From: a virus
Length of the DNA: 64,000 nt
Reading direction: 5' to 3' (one strand)
Virus record (IMG/VR): IMGVR_UViG_3300005805_000050
Location: 32,001 to 96,000 of that record
The position numbers were made by a program, and so were the translations under genes. Positions 1 through 9,591 of the stretch are shown piece after piece. The notes below the pieces were generated by a model that saw only the letters and a program-made list of their open reading frames with translations, was not told the origin of the DNA and did not search any database. Within the stretch, counting starts at the first letter, position 1. Each line of letters opens with the position of its first letter.

Positions 1-234
1 GATTACGATACATTTGCAATAGCGTTGTTAGATAAAGACGGTAACGACGCATATAGACAAGACGCAGATAAAAACGAAATAGACTCCATAATCAGATTGG
101 ATCCCAATGATCAGTTTGTTCATGTTTGGAGAGAGTACGAAAGCACACAATTACCACACAGCTGGAGAGTTTGGCCTCACAGCGAATCTAAAGGCTGGAT
201 GGAAAGAATAGAAAACGTTATAAAATATGAGTAA
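1..234 (+). CDS. 5'-truncated CDS; C-terminus of a probable paralog of the downstream GlcNAc-transferase-like protein
   Basis: Frame 1 is open from base 1 (DYDTFAIALLDKDG...). Its end (IALLDKDG...WPHSESKGWMERIE) parallels the end of 227..1495 (IAFDDENG...WAHHPEKGWCERYE). Confidence 0.7.
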   Translation, partial: DYDTFAIALLDKDGNDAYRQDADKNEIDSIIRLDPNDQFVHVWREYESTQLPHSWRVWPHSESKGWMERIENVIKYE

Positions 235-1495
235 AAAAGAGACCATACTATTGCATTTACCAGCGTATAGGGATCCAGAATTGATTCCTACCATAAAAGA
301 CGCCATAGACAAAGCAAAGTATCCAAAGAGATTGCGCTTTGGAATCTGTAGACAGTACCACCCCGATGATAAGTTTGATGATTTAACTGAGTATAAGAAG
401 GATAAGCGCTTTAAGATTTACGAATGCTTATACACAGAGGCCAAAGGTCTTCCGTGGGCGAGAGCTATAATCAATGAGAAGTTGTTAACTAACGAAGATT
501 ATATATGTCAATTAGATTCTCATCACAGATTTGCGCAGGATTGGGATGAGACTCTCATAGAAATGCACAAGGAATTGGAGCAAAAAGGACATAAGAAGCC
601 TATCATAGCGGGATATTCTCCGCTGTACGATCCCTTCAATGACCCCGCAGGAAGATCAATGGAACCGTGGCAATCCCAGTTCGTATGCTTTTATCCTCAC
701 GGCACAATATTCATTAGACCTGGATTGTTACACGGATATCAAGAGATGACTGAACCCCCTATGTCTAGGTTTTTGTGTGGTCATTTTGACTTTGCAAGAA
801 GCGAATGGGCAAGAGAGATAAAACACGATCCAGATATTTACTTTAGCGGAGAAGAGATCAATCTTACTGTTAGATCCTATACTCACGGATACGATTTCTT
901 TCATCCTCACAAAATTGTTGTTTGGCACTCTACTATGAGAGAAGAGCGAGCCGGCAAATTGAAGTGGGATGATGACGCAAAACTAGGAGTAGATTGGTAC
1001 AATAAACAAGAGTACGCTAGAAGAAAAATACGTTGCCTATTCAGAGTAGAGAGTGGAATAGATTTAACAGGTTACGACTTAGGAACCGTTAGAACTTTAC
1101 GTGATTACGAAAAATATGCAGGCGTAGATTTCAAAAGACGCGCAGTACAAAAGTATACTATAGAAAACAAATATCCTCCAAATCCTCAAATAGAAGATCA
1201 AGAGTTGTGGGAGCAATCGTTTATGGAATCATTCTACTTTTTAGTAGATGTGCACAGATCGCAATTTAAGGAGGAGAATTATAACTTTGTATTGATAGCA
1301 TTTGACGATGAAAACGGAAAATCTGTCAACAGTAAATTCATAGACGATTATCGATTACAAGCATTTAATGAAGGTAGAAACATACACTACGAAGAGTTCT
1401 TTTTAACAGACAAAAAAATTCATAGAGTTGTTTATTGGGCCCACCACCCAGAAAAGGGATGGTGCGAAAGATATGAACACGTTATTGCAAAATGA
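227..1495 (+). CDS. Glycosyltransferase (GlcNAc), Gnt1/GT60-like
   Basis: Motifs PAYRDPEL..TI, LRFGICRQ, QLDSHHRFAQDWD, FLCGHFDFA and YFSGEEI...VRSYTHGYD match the Skp1 hydroxyproline GlcNAc-transferase family. Confidence 0.8.
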   Translation: MSKKETILLHLPAYRDPELIPTIKDAIDKAKYPKRLRFGICRQYHPDDKFDDLTEYKKDKRFKIYECLYTEAKGLPWARAIINEKLLTNEDYICQLDSHHRFAQDWDETLIEMHKELEQKGHKKPIIAGYSPLYDPFNDPAGRSMEPWQSQFVCFYPHGTIFIRPGLLHGYQEMTEPPMSRFLCGHFDFARSEWAREIKHDPDIYFSGEEINLTVRSYTHGYDFFHPHKIVVWHSTMREERAGKLKWDDDAKLGVDWYNKQEYARRKIRCLFRVESGIDLTGYDLGTVRTLRDYEKYAGVDFKRRAVQKYTIENKYPPNPQIEDQELWEQSFMESFYFLVDVHRSQFKEENYNFVLIAFDDENGKSVNSKFIDDYRLQAFNEGRNIHYEEFFLTDKKIHRVVYWAHHPEKGWCERYEHVIAK

Positions 1496-2469
1496 CACTG
1501 AATTTTTGGTTTCATTACTCTCTTGATAAGGAGCAAAAGTACACCTTTACTGTTGCTTCAAAATTGCTATTTGATCATTATAAAGAAACGTATCCTGAAA
1601 TAGATTGGACACTCACTCCAGAATTTTTGAACAATCAGCAATATAGAGATGCTTATGGATATATCCCCTCCGCTCATGATATAAAAGACATAGATCGTAG
1701 GCTAGCCAAATTCGTATACAATCAACCCAATTACCAAACCACCATAATAGAAAATCCAGATAACGGAAAGTATATATTGATATGCTATTGGGACAAGGCC
1801 AGTAAATATGTTTCTAAACTACCGGATGTTGAAAATATGGTTCAGTTTCTACCGGCTGTTGGCGTACACGATAATGATTTCAATTATAAAGACTTTGGTA
1901 TACCATATACACCGATTTCTAAATGCACGTTTTTCCTGTCTAATGATTCATCTATAGACAAACACAAAGATAATCCAAAACGAACAGTATTGAGCAAACC
2001 GTATTATAGGGGATGCTCATATGGAATGAAACGTTGGACATCGATGTACGATTCTAGATTTGATATGAGATGTGAAGGCATACTTCCAGAAGAGTTTGTA
2101 GAAGAGATGAGTCAATCTGCAATAAATGTAGATTTCAACTGCGTAGCAGAGCCATCAGATAGAACAAATATTGCTATGGGATTGGGAACCGCATTGATTC
2201 GACCCAAATTAACAATACAGTATAAGAATCAGCTAATTCCTGATTACCATTACGCCGAAGTCAAATATGATTTGAACAATATTAGGGGGGAAGATAGTTA
2301 TAAACACTTGGCCGAAGCGTATCTAGACAGATATGAAGACGTCAAAAAAGACAGAGATTTTATGGTGTTTTTGTCCGAAAACGGTAGAAAATACTACGAA
2401 CAAAACGATACGTTAGAATCTCATATTCAAATTTTGAAAGACACCATCAATTTAGATCTATTAAAGTAG
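1492..2469 (+). CDS. Putative glycosyltransferase (GT-B-like C-terminal domain), paralog 1
   Basis: 325 aa ORF in the GT cluster. C-terminal PYYRG, INVDFNC..AMGLGTALIRP and LIPDYHYAEV resemble GT90/Glyco_trans_1-like donor-binding domains. Confidence 0.5.
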   Translation: MTLNFWFHYSLDKEQKYTFTVASKLLFDHYKETYPEIDWTLTPEFLNNQQYRDAYGYIPSAHDIKDIDRRLAKFVYNQPNYQTTIIENPDNGKYILICYWDKASKYVSKLPDVENMVQFLPAVGVHDNDFNYKDFGIPYTPISKCTFFLSNDSSIDKHKDNPKRTVLSKPYYRGCSYGMKRWTSMYDSRFDMRCEGILPEEFVEEMSQSAINVDFNCVAEPSDRTNIAMGLGTALIRPKLTIQYKNQLIPDYHYAEVKYDLNNIRGEDSYKHLAEAYLDRYEDVKKDRDFMVFLSENGRKYYEQNDTLESHIQILKDTINLDLLK

Positions 2470-2473
2470 TTAT

Positions 2474-3499
2474 ATGACGATAAATTTTTGGCACGACTAC
2501 GAACACAAAGAGGATACGTACTTCTTCTCAGCGGCATCAAGTAAACTATTTGATTACTATGTAAAAAAATATCCGGAGATAAACTTTCAAAAGAAGAAGT
2601 ATATGAATCCGGATGTGGTATTTGGAAAAAATTGGTACGAGTGTTATGATATGTTCATAGATAACGATCCTACGCGGGTAAAATTTTTGGACAATCAATG
2701 CAGCTATCAAACCACCATCATAGAAAACGAAGAGACGGGTAAATTTATAGTCTATAGTTTTTGGGACAAAGCCAGTGTACACTACTTGCAATTCGCTCCG
2801 GACATAGAAAATATACAGCAGTTTCTTCCTGCTTGCGGAACTCATTATAGTGATGTGACTTATAATGAAACTGACTATCTATATTGTCGAGGTATGCAGT
2901 ATAAAATAATTGACGAAATCATCAACTATACCCCAATATCCAGAGGCCCATTTTTTCTACAGGATCAAATTGTTAACGAGATATACGATGATAGGCACAA
3001 AGATCGATCTGTACTAGATAAACCATATTTTAGAGGCGGAGTTTATGGACTTAGAGCGTATTTGTTAGGTCTAAATAAAGACATCCCAATGGATGAAAGA
3101 TTTGATATTCGAGGCGAGACCATTCCTCTTAGGGACTTTTTAATAGAGATGAACAAATCAGCTATAAACATAGACTTAGATTGTGTAGCTGGTGTGTCTT
3201 CTAGAACTGTGGATGCTATGGGATTAGGCACAGCCCTAATAAGAACGGCTCCTAAAGTAAGATACTACAAACCTTTGATTCCAAATTATCATTACGCAGA
3301 GGTGAAGTGCAATAATCTAGCGGATGTAAAAACTCTAGCAGACGCATTCATAGACACTTATGAATACGTTAAAAAAGATAAAGACTATATACAGTATCTT
3401 TCACAGAACGCAAAAAAATACTATGAAGAAAACAATACACTAAAAGCTCATGTAGAAATTTTAACCAAAGTAATAAATTTTGAATCACTACTAAAATAA
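2474..3499 (+). CDS. Putative glycosyltransferase, paralog 2 of 1492..2469
   Basis: Shares MT[LI]NFW, YQTTIIEN, WDKAS, AMGLGTALIR and LIP[DN]YHYAEVK with the upstream ORF. Confidence 0.5.
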   Translation: MTINFWHDYEHKEDTYFFSAASSKLFDYYVKKYPEINFQKKKYMNPDVVFGKNWYECYDMFIDNDPTRVKFLDNQCSYQTTIIENEETGKFIVYSFWDKASVHYLQFAPDIENIQQFLPACGTHYSDVTYNETDYLYCRGMQYKIIDEIINYTPISRGPFFLQDQIVNEIYDDRHKDRSVLDKPYFRGGVYGLRAYLLGLNKDIPMDERFDIRGETIPLRDFLIEMNKSAINIDLDCVAGVSSRTVDAMGLGTALIRTAPKVRYYKPLIPNYHYAEVKCNNLADVKTLADAFIDTYEYVKKDKDYIQYLSQNAKKYYEENNTLKAHVEILTKVINFESLLK

Positions 3500-3500
3500 T

Positions 3501-4670
3501 ATGTTCGCATTTAACCTATTCGGTCCAGCTCTAAAGTACAGATTAGACGTATTCGATCACTGCTCGGGAAAAACGAGCGACTACGTGATGATTTTGACTG
3601 ATAAAGAATCTTACAAGTTCTATAAAGACTATCATCACAAGTACAAATTCGTATTCGTAGAAGACGTAGAGAATAGATCAGAAATCAGCATCAATCACGA
3701 GATATTACCTAATGTATTCAAAGACGAAAGCGATCAAATAAAGAATTTGAAAGGTTTTTACGAGAGTAAAGATGCGGCTTTTCCGTTTGAAATACAGAGG
3801 TATATCATGTATTATATGATGAAGGAGAACATAAACAACTACTGCATAGTGGATTGTGATACGATTTTAGTCAACGATAAAGATCGCGTAAAGAGGTTCT
3901 TTGATAGTATACCAGTAAGAAGCGTATATGCTCCACACTACGGATGGGAAACTAGTGGGATACATCAAAAAAACCACTTTTGGAATAAAGTGCGAGAAAG
4001 GGCAGGCCTTGATATAGACTTGCAAATAAACGCAGACTTCTTAAATCCTGACGGAACCGTTAATAGGGACGTAGTGAACCCTGACGAATACGCATGGGAT
4101 CATAAGTTATTTTTACAAAATAGAGTAGGATCATTCAACGATGGATACATGAGAGGTTTTCATTTTGAGAGCAAAGAACATCAAGATCTCTTCTATAAAA
4201 TCTGGAACGCAGCAACAGATCACTTACTAGAGCAGAGATGCATAGTAGCTCCCGAAAAAAGAGACGGCATGCAACTTCTAGACATGTCTGAAAGACGACA
4301 ATTTTGGTCTCCTGAATTTGTAACATCGAATCTAATGTACTTCTTCACAAAGCTATTTAACTACAAGTTTGAAATGAGAATTTGTGGAGCGGGAGACGCA
4401 TATGTTTACGATGCGAACATGGAAAATCCATATGGGTATACACCTAATCTAGTGTGTCGCCATCGACCTCGTCCCGAAGACAACCTATACTCAGGAAATT
4501 TGAACGGCCGCGGCGCTTGGCACAAGAGAACGTTTAATTACGACAAAACAGGAAGTTTTGTTGAATTTATACAGAACAATAGGGAAGAACTAGATACATA
4601 TTATAAAGAGTATCCTCCATTCATAACAGAAGTCACAGATACTCACGTTTTCAACAAATTAAGCGAATAG
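3501..4670 (+). CDS. Hypothetical protein, possible GT-A glycosyltransferase
   Basis: 389 aa ORF with a DxD motif after a hydrophobic strand (YCIVDCDTIL), located in the GT cluster. Confidence 0.4.
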   Translation: MFAFNLFGPALKYRLDVFDHCSGKTSDYVMILTDKESYKFYKDYHHKYKFVFVEDVENRSEISINHEILPNVFKDESDQIKNLKGFYESKDAAFPFEIQRYIMYYMMKENINNYCIVDCDTILVNDKDRVKRFFDSIPVRSVYAPHYGWETSGIHQKNHFWNKVRERAGLDIDLQINADFLNPDGTVNRDVVNPDEYAWDHKLFLQNRVGSFNDGYMRGFHFESKEHQDLFYKIWNAATDHLLEQRCIVAPEKRDGMQLLDMSERRQFWSPEFVTSNLMYFFTKLFNYKFEMRICGAGDAYVYDANMENPYGYTPNLVCRHRPRPEDNLYSGNLNGRGAWHKRTFNYDKTGSFVEFIQNNREELDTYYKEYPPFITEVTDTHVFNKLSE

Positions 4671-4673
4671 TCT

Positions 4674-5525
4674 ATGTTAAGTGAAAAACAGAAACACATT
4701 GATCGATTGCTGCATGAGCAATTGTTAGATTTCAATGTAATACATGGCCGTTGCATGTTTCCTGGCATAATTAGGAATAACATCGCAAACACCCCAATAA
4801 AAATTACAGATGACGTACAGATCATAACTGTGCTTAATACATCTCTAAGATACAACAATCCGTTAGCTAACATACAAAAAATAGATGGAAGACCTATAGA
4901 GTTCATAACTTACGAGGTATATCATAAGTGGTCTACAAAGCTAATAGGAATTGTGGATTACATACAGAGTAATTATGACAATTTACCAAATTACATAATG
5001 TATGTTGATGCGCTTGATGTCCTATTGTTGAAGGATCTATTAGATCCTCAAGAGATGTTGAATTACTACGGATGTAAAATGTTGTTTAATCATGAGGGTA
5101 ACTTTAGTCACACAGGTTGGCCTCCTCCAGAAAACACTGTAGATTATTGGGGAGAAGTTTACAAGACTACGCTACCCAAGTACATAGATTTGAATACTCA
5201 AAAGTATGGTGTAGGACATCAATGCGCTCTAAACGCGGGTGTATTCTTAGGAGAGAAGGCCTTCGTTCTTAAAGTAATAAAAGAGGCATTGGATACAATG
5301 AATGACGATCCTCAAAAAGGATATCCTTACGGATGTCCAGATGATCAAGTGTTGTTGAGACACTTTCATGTGAAATATTACGAAGACATTAGCATAGACT
5401 TATTCAATCGATACTTCTTATGGAGTCCACCAGGGGGAATAATACCTGATGAAGAAAATATCTTTTGTTTAGGATACGGAAGAAGGTACTTAGAGAGTTA
5501 CGAAAATATTAGAGCACAAAAATAA
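4674..5525 (+). CDS. PLOD/LH3-type glycosyltransferase-domain protein
   Basis: YIMYVDALDVLL, LFNHE, LNAGVFLG, DDQ and ISIDLFNRYF follow the motif order of the procollagen lysyl-hydroxylase GT domain. Confidence 0.65.
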   Translation: MLSEKQKHIDRLLHEQLLDFNVIHGRCMFPGIIRNNIANTPIKITDDVQIITVLNTSLRYNNPLANIQKIDGRPIEFITYEVYHKWSTKLIGIVDYIQSNYDNLPNYIMYVDALDVLLLKDLLDPQEMLNYYGCKMLFNHEGNFSHTGWPPPENTVDYWGEVYKTTLPKYIDLNTQKYGVGHQCALNAGVFLGEKAFVLKVIKEALDTMNDDPQKGYPYGCPDDQVLLRHFHVKYYEDISIDLFNRYFLWSPPGGIIPDEENIFCLGYGRRYLESYENIRAQK

Positions 5526-5529
5526 AACA

Positions 5530-7149
5530 ATGGCAACAATATCGTTTTACGGATCTCATAATGCGGCGTATGTAGTAGAGTCAGGGGGCAAAATCTTACT
5601 CGTATTAGAAGCTGAACGTTTCCTGAATTACAAGAATTCGGGCATCGCTCAGTATATGTGTCCGAAATCTACTGAAATTCTGTTTTTAGCGGAGTATATT
5701 CCTAGGTGGATAATGAGGAAACTGAATATCGACGAATTTGAGACTTGTTACTTTTCGAACACCGACGTCATAATGGATGAAAACAGGTTTAATCTACAAA
5801 AGACTATACCAGCAAAAAAATACGTTCAGTGTTTACACCACGAATCCCACGCAGGTGGATCATTTTATCAATCTTCCTTCAAAGAAGCCCTAATATTTTC
5901 ATTTGATGGAGGAGGAAACGATGGAAAGTTTTGTGTATACACGTGTAAGAGAGGCGAGTCTCCAAAACTACTAGAACAAGTACTAAATCCAAAATACAAC
6001 AATCCCCATATTCATTATGATCTAGGATTTCCGTATATGATATTCGCTCATTTCCTAAAAGACATAAAACAAGAGGATTTGGGTATGGGAAATTTAGTAT
6101 ATCCTGGAAAGTTGATGGGCTTATCGTCTTACGGAAACGTGATAGAAGAGTGGTTGCCGCACTTCATAGAATTCTACAAAGACAGTCCAGAGGGTTCTAA
6201 TTATTTGGAAAAAATAACAGCACTAGGAAATAAAATAGACGTTACCTTTGATGCTTCTAACAGGTTAGATGGACAACTAGCTTATGATATAGCCGCTACA
6301 AATCAAAGAGCATTTGAAGATTGCTTTTTAGAGATAGCAAAACCATACATGGAAAAATATCCTAACCTGCCTCTGTGTATCACCGGCGGATGTGGCTTAA
6401 ATATACTATTGAACACCAGATTAGTAAACGAATTCAATAAAGAGGTTCACGTAGGACCAGATCCAAACGATTGCGGTATAGCTTTAGGAATGATGCTAAA
6501 CAGCTTAAAGCCAAATGAAGCATACGATAGCACGTATTCAGGCACAAATCTATTAGATATAGACAGTTTAGGTACATACATACAAAATAGTGCGTTTTAC
6601 ACCAAAACTAGACGTGTTAATATTGAAAAACTTGCTAAAGACATAGAATCAGGTAAGATTATAGGTGTTGCTCGAGATCGCGCAGAACACGGACCTAGGG
6701 CTTTAGGAAATAGAAGCATAATATGTAATCCAATAATATCTAACATGAAAGAGGTGTTAAACGATAAGGTTAAGCACCGAGAGTGGTATAGACCTTTCGC
6801 GCCTGTGGTTAGATTAGAGGATGTAAATAAGTATTTCGAATGGAATAAAGAATCCAAGTGGATGAGTTTTTGTCCACAAGTTAAGGAAGAGTGGAAACTA
6901 AAACTACCATCGATAACGCATGTTGACGGCACAGCAAGGGTGCAAACAGTCACTAAAGAGCAGAACCCGTGGTTGTATGAACTATTGACCGAATTTGAAA
7001 AGCTCACAGGCGTGGGAGTATTATTGAATACATCGTTTAACGTAGACGGAAAACCCATATTGTCTACAATAAAAGACGCTTTCACTATACTAGAAAAAAC
7101 TCAATTAGACGGCTTAGTTATAGAAGAATATTACATAAAGAAAAATTGA
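5530..7149 (+). CDS. Carbamoyltransferase, NodU/CmcH family
   Basis: GSHNAA, EAERF, HHESHAG, FSFDGGG, GKLMGLSSYG, GGCGLN, NDCGIALG, EHGPRALGNRSI, KHREWYRPFAP, HVDGTARVQTV and LNTSFN. Confidence 0.95.
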   Translation: MATISFYGSHNAAYVVESGGKILLVLEAERFLNYKNSGIAQYMCPKSTEILFLAEYIPRWIMRKLNIDEFETCYFSNTDVIMDENRFNLQKTIPAKKYVQCLHHESHAGGSFYQSSFKEALIFSFDGGGNDGKFCVYTCKRGESPKLLEQVLNPKYNNPHIHYDLGFPYMIFAHFLKDIKQEDLGMGNLVYPGKLMGLSSYGNVIEEWLPHFIEFYKDSPEGSNYLEKITALGNKIDVTFDASNRLDGQLAYDIAATNQRAFEDCFLEIAKPYMEKYPNLPLCITGGCGLNILLNTRLVNEFNKEVHVGPDPNDCGIALGMMLNSLKPNEAYDSTYSGTNLLDIDSLGTYIQNSAFYTKTRRVNIEKLAKDIESGKIIGVARDRAEHGPRALGNRSIICNPIISNMKEVLNDKVKHREWYRPFAPVVRLEDVNKYFEWNKESKWMSFCPQVKEEWKLKLPSITHVDGTARVQTVTKEQNPWLYELLTEFEKLTGVGVLLNTSFNVDGKPILSTIKDAFTILEKTQLDGLVIEEYYIKKN

Positions 7150-7150
7150 T

Positions 7151-8962
7151 ATGGCGGATTTAGAAAACATGGATGAAATCTTAAACCTATTGAAGGACCT
7201 GTCCAAAGAAAATTTGGATAGTGTTTTAAGTATGGCTAGATCTCTAAAGAAAAACAAAATGGAAATACAAAACAAGGAACTAACTCTAGTTACGGGATTG
7301 TGGAACATCAATAGACCAGGCCGTGATTTTTCTCACTACATAGAACACTTCAAAAAGTTCTTAGAGATACCTGTCAACATGTTTATATACATACCAAAGG
7401 AATACGAATATTTGGTGTGGGAAAAGAGAGATAGAGAAACCACATATGTAAAAAATTACGAACTACAAGACATAAAATCCTTATACGCTCCGTTCTGGGA
7501 CAAGACTCAGGCAATAAGAACAAATCACGAGTGGTTAAATCAAACCGGGGAGCAAGGTTGGTTAAAGGCTTCTCCACAGGCGGCTTTAGAGTGGTACAAT
7601 CCTATAGTGCAGTCTAAGATGTTTATGCTTAGCGACGCATCCATATGGGATCCGTTCTCCAGTGAGTATTTCTTGTGGTTAGATGCGGGAATTACTAATA
7701 CCGTGTGGGAAAACTATTTCATAAAAGATAGAGTTCTAGACAAGATCAATAAGCATTTGGACACGTTTCTATTCTTATCGTATCCTTATGAAACTAAAGA
7801 TGAGATTCATGGATTTAGAAAATCCGAAATGGATAGAATGTCTGGTAGAGATGTAAAATACGTTTGTAGAGGAGGACTTTTTGGAGGGAGAAAATCTCTT
7901 ATAAGGGATGCAAACGCAGAGTATTACGCTTTACTAGATTCCTCAATATCTAGAGGATTCATGGGAACAGAAGAGAGCATATTCAGCATAATGTCGTATT
8001 TGAACCCCTATAACTATAGGAGATACGAGTTGGATGCTAATGGGCTTATTGTCAAGTATATTCAGAACTTATTACAAGACACCGCAGAACTGTGTCCAAA
8101 ACCAGAACAGAATTATAAAATCAAAAATAACAATCCGCAAATAGCTGGACTCAAAACGTCTTTATACATGCTGACGTTTAATTTTCCTGAACAGGTGGAA
8201 TACACGCTTAATACATTTATGCAAAATTCTGCGGATTGGCTGGGAAAAACCAGGAAGATACTGATAGACAATTCTACTAACGATGAAGCTAGAATTAAAA
8301 ATCGAGAGATTGCCGATAAGTGGGGATTTGAACACATAATAAGAAACGAAAACACTGGCATAAATGGAGGCAGACTATTCGCAGCAGAACACTTCGATGC
8401 CTCCGACTCAGACTACTACTTCTTCTTCGAAGACGACATGGGATTACATCCTAACACCGAAGTGGGATATTGTAGAAACGGTTTTAGAAAGTATGTACCA
8501 AATCTGTACGATAATTTGCATAAGATTATGGTAAGAGAGGGATTTGACTTTCTAAAATTCTCATTTACAGAGGTGTACATGGACAATCACATACAAGTAT
8601 CCTGGTATAACGTGCCTCAAACTGTTAGAACAAGAGATTTCCCAGACTACGATAAGTTACCAATTACGGGCATGGATCCTAATACTCCAAGAACCAAGTT
8701 TGAAAACATAGACGTATTTGATGGATTAGCATACATAACAGGAAATGTGTACTATGCAAACTGGCCAACTATAGTTAGTCGAGAAGGCAACAAAAAGATG
8801 TTCTTGACGACCAAGTGGGAAAAACCTTACGAACAAACTTGGATGTCCTATATGTATCAACAGTACTTAGAAGGAAAAATAAAACCAGCTGTACTCCTAG
8901 CCTCGCCAGTAAATCATAATAGAATATCGCATTACAAACCAGAAGATAGACGAGAGAATTGA
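7151..8962 (+). CDS. HtrL/YibB (WlaTC)-like domain fused to a C-terminal GT-A-like domain
   Basis: N-terminal half has TLVTGLWNI, WLDAGI and GGLFGG (HtrL-like). C-terminal half has ILIDNST and YYFFFEDDM (GT2-like). Confidence 0.6.
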   Translation: MADLENMDEILNLLKDLSKENLDSVLSMARSLKKNKMEIQNKELTLVTGLWNINRPGRDFSHYIEHFKKFLEIPVNMFIYIPKEYEYLVWEKRDRETTYVKNYELQDIKSLYAPFWDKTQAIRTNHEWLNQTGEQGWLKASPQAALEWYNPIVQSKMFMLSDASIWDPFSSEYFLWLDAGITNTVWENYFIKDRVLDKINKHLDTFLFLSYPYETKDEIHGFRKSEMDRMSGRDVKYVCRGGLFGGRKSLIRDANAEYYALLDSSISRGFMGTEESIFSIMSYLNPYNYRRYELDANGLIVKYIQNLLQDTAELCPKPEQNYKIKNNNPQIAGLKTSLYMLTFNFPEQVEYTLNTFMQNSADWLGKTRKILIDNSTNDEARIKNREIADKWGFEHIIRNENTGINGGRLFAAEHFDASDSDYYFFFEDDMGLHPNTEVGYCRNGFRKYVPNLYDNLHKIMVREGFDFLKFSFTEVYMDNHIQVSWYNVPQTVRTRDFPDYDKLPITGMDPNTPRTKFENIDVFDGLAYITGNVYYANWPTIVSREGNKKMFLTTKWEKPYEQTWMSYMYQQYLEGKIKPAVLLASPVNHNRISHYKPEDRREN

Positions 8963-8979
8963 TTTTGCTAGACTGATCG

Positions 8980-8988
8980 ATATTTATA
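8980..8988 (+). promoter_or_regulatory. ATATTTATA putative late promoter
   Basis: Recurrent intergenic motif, 13 nt upstream of the 9002 start. Confidence 0.6.
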
Positions 8989-9001
8989 AACAAAACACGC
9001 T

Positions 9002-9283
9002 ATGGGATTCATATTCTTTACCGTCTTAGCGATATTCCTCGTAATTGCGGGGGTGTCCTACATATTCTACGTGAGTGACAAGAAAAAAGACGTGGAAATT
9101 CCTCCTGTGTTTGAAAATCCCATCATCATAGATCCTATCATAGAACCTTCACCTAAAGTAGAAACTAAGAAGATAATAGAAACTGTCGGCCTTCTTACTC
9201 AAGAGGATGTCATTGAATTAAAGAAGACGAAACCTGTAAGAAGAAAATCGGCGCCGAAAAAAACATCGAGAAAAAGAAAATAA
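9002..9283 (+). CDS. Small membrane-anchored hypothetical protein
   Basis: N-terminal hydrophobic helix and basic C-terminus. Confidence 0.6.
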   Translation: MGFIFFTVLAIFLVIAGVSYIFYVSDKKKDVEIPPVFENPIIIDPIIEPSPKVETKKIIETVGLLTQEDVIELKKTKPVRRKSAPKKTSRKRK

Positions 9284-9289
9284 TAAGAA

Positions 9290-9538
9290 ATGTCAGAAGA
9301 GAAAAAAAGGTTATCTGATCACGAGTTACAGCTTGTAAATCTAATCAGACAAGATAGTCTGGAAGTTGCGTCAAGTCTTGGACAGTTGCAATACCAATAC
9401 ACTATAATCGAAGACCAGATTCAAAAACTAAAGAAGCAAGTTATAGACATTAAGACCAGAGAGTCCTCTCTATTAAAAGAATTACAGGATAAGTATGGAA
9501 ACGTTACGATAAATATTGAAACTGGAGAAATCGAATAG
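9290..9538 (+). CDS. Hypothetical coiled-coil protein
   Basis: 82 aa helical heptad pattern ending KYGNVTINIETGEIE. Confidence 0.7.
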   Translation: MSEEKKRLSDHELQLVNLIRQDSLEVASSLGQLQYQYTIIEDQIQKLKKQVIDIKTRESSLLKELQDKYGNVTINIETGEIE

Positions 9539-9559
9539 TTTGTTTTGACCGAAAATAAC

Positions 9560-9568
9560 ATATTTATT
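9560..9568 (+). promoter_or_regulatory. ATATTTATT putative late promoter (sheath gene)
   Basis: Motif variant 23 nt upstream of the sheath ATG. Confidence 0.55.
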
Positions 9569-9591
9569 GCTAGAATAAACTATACACACAG

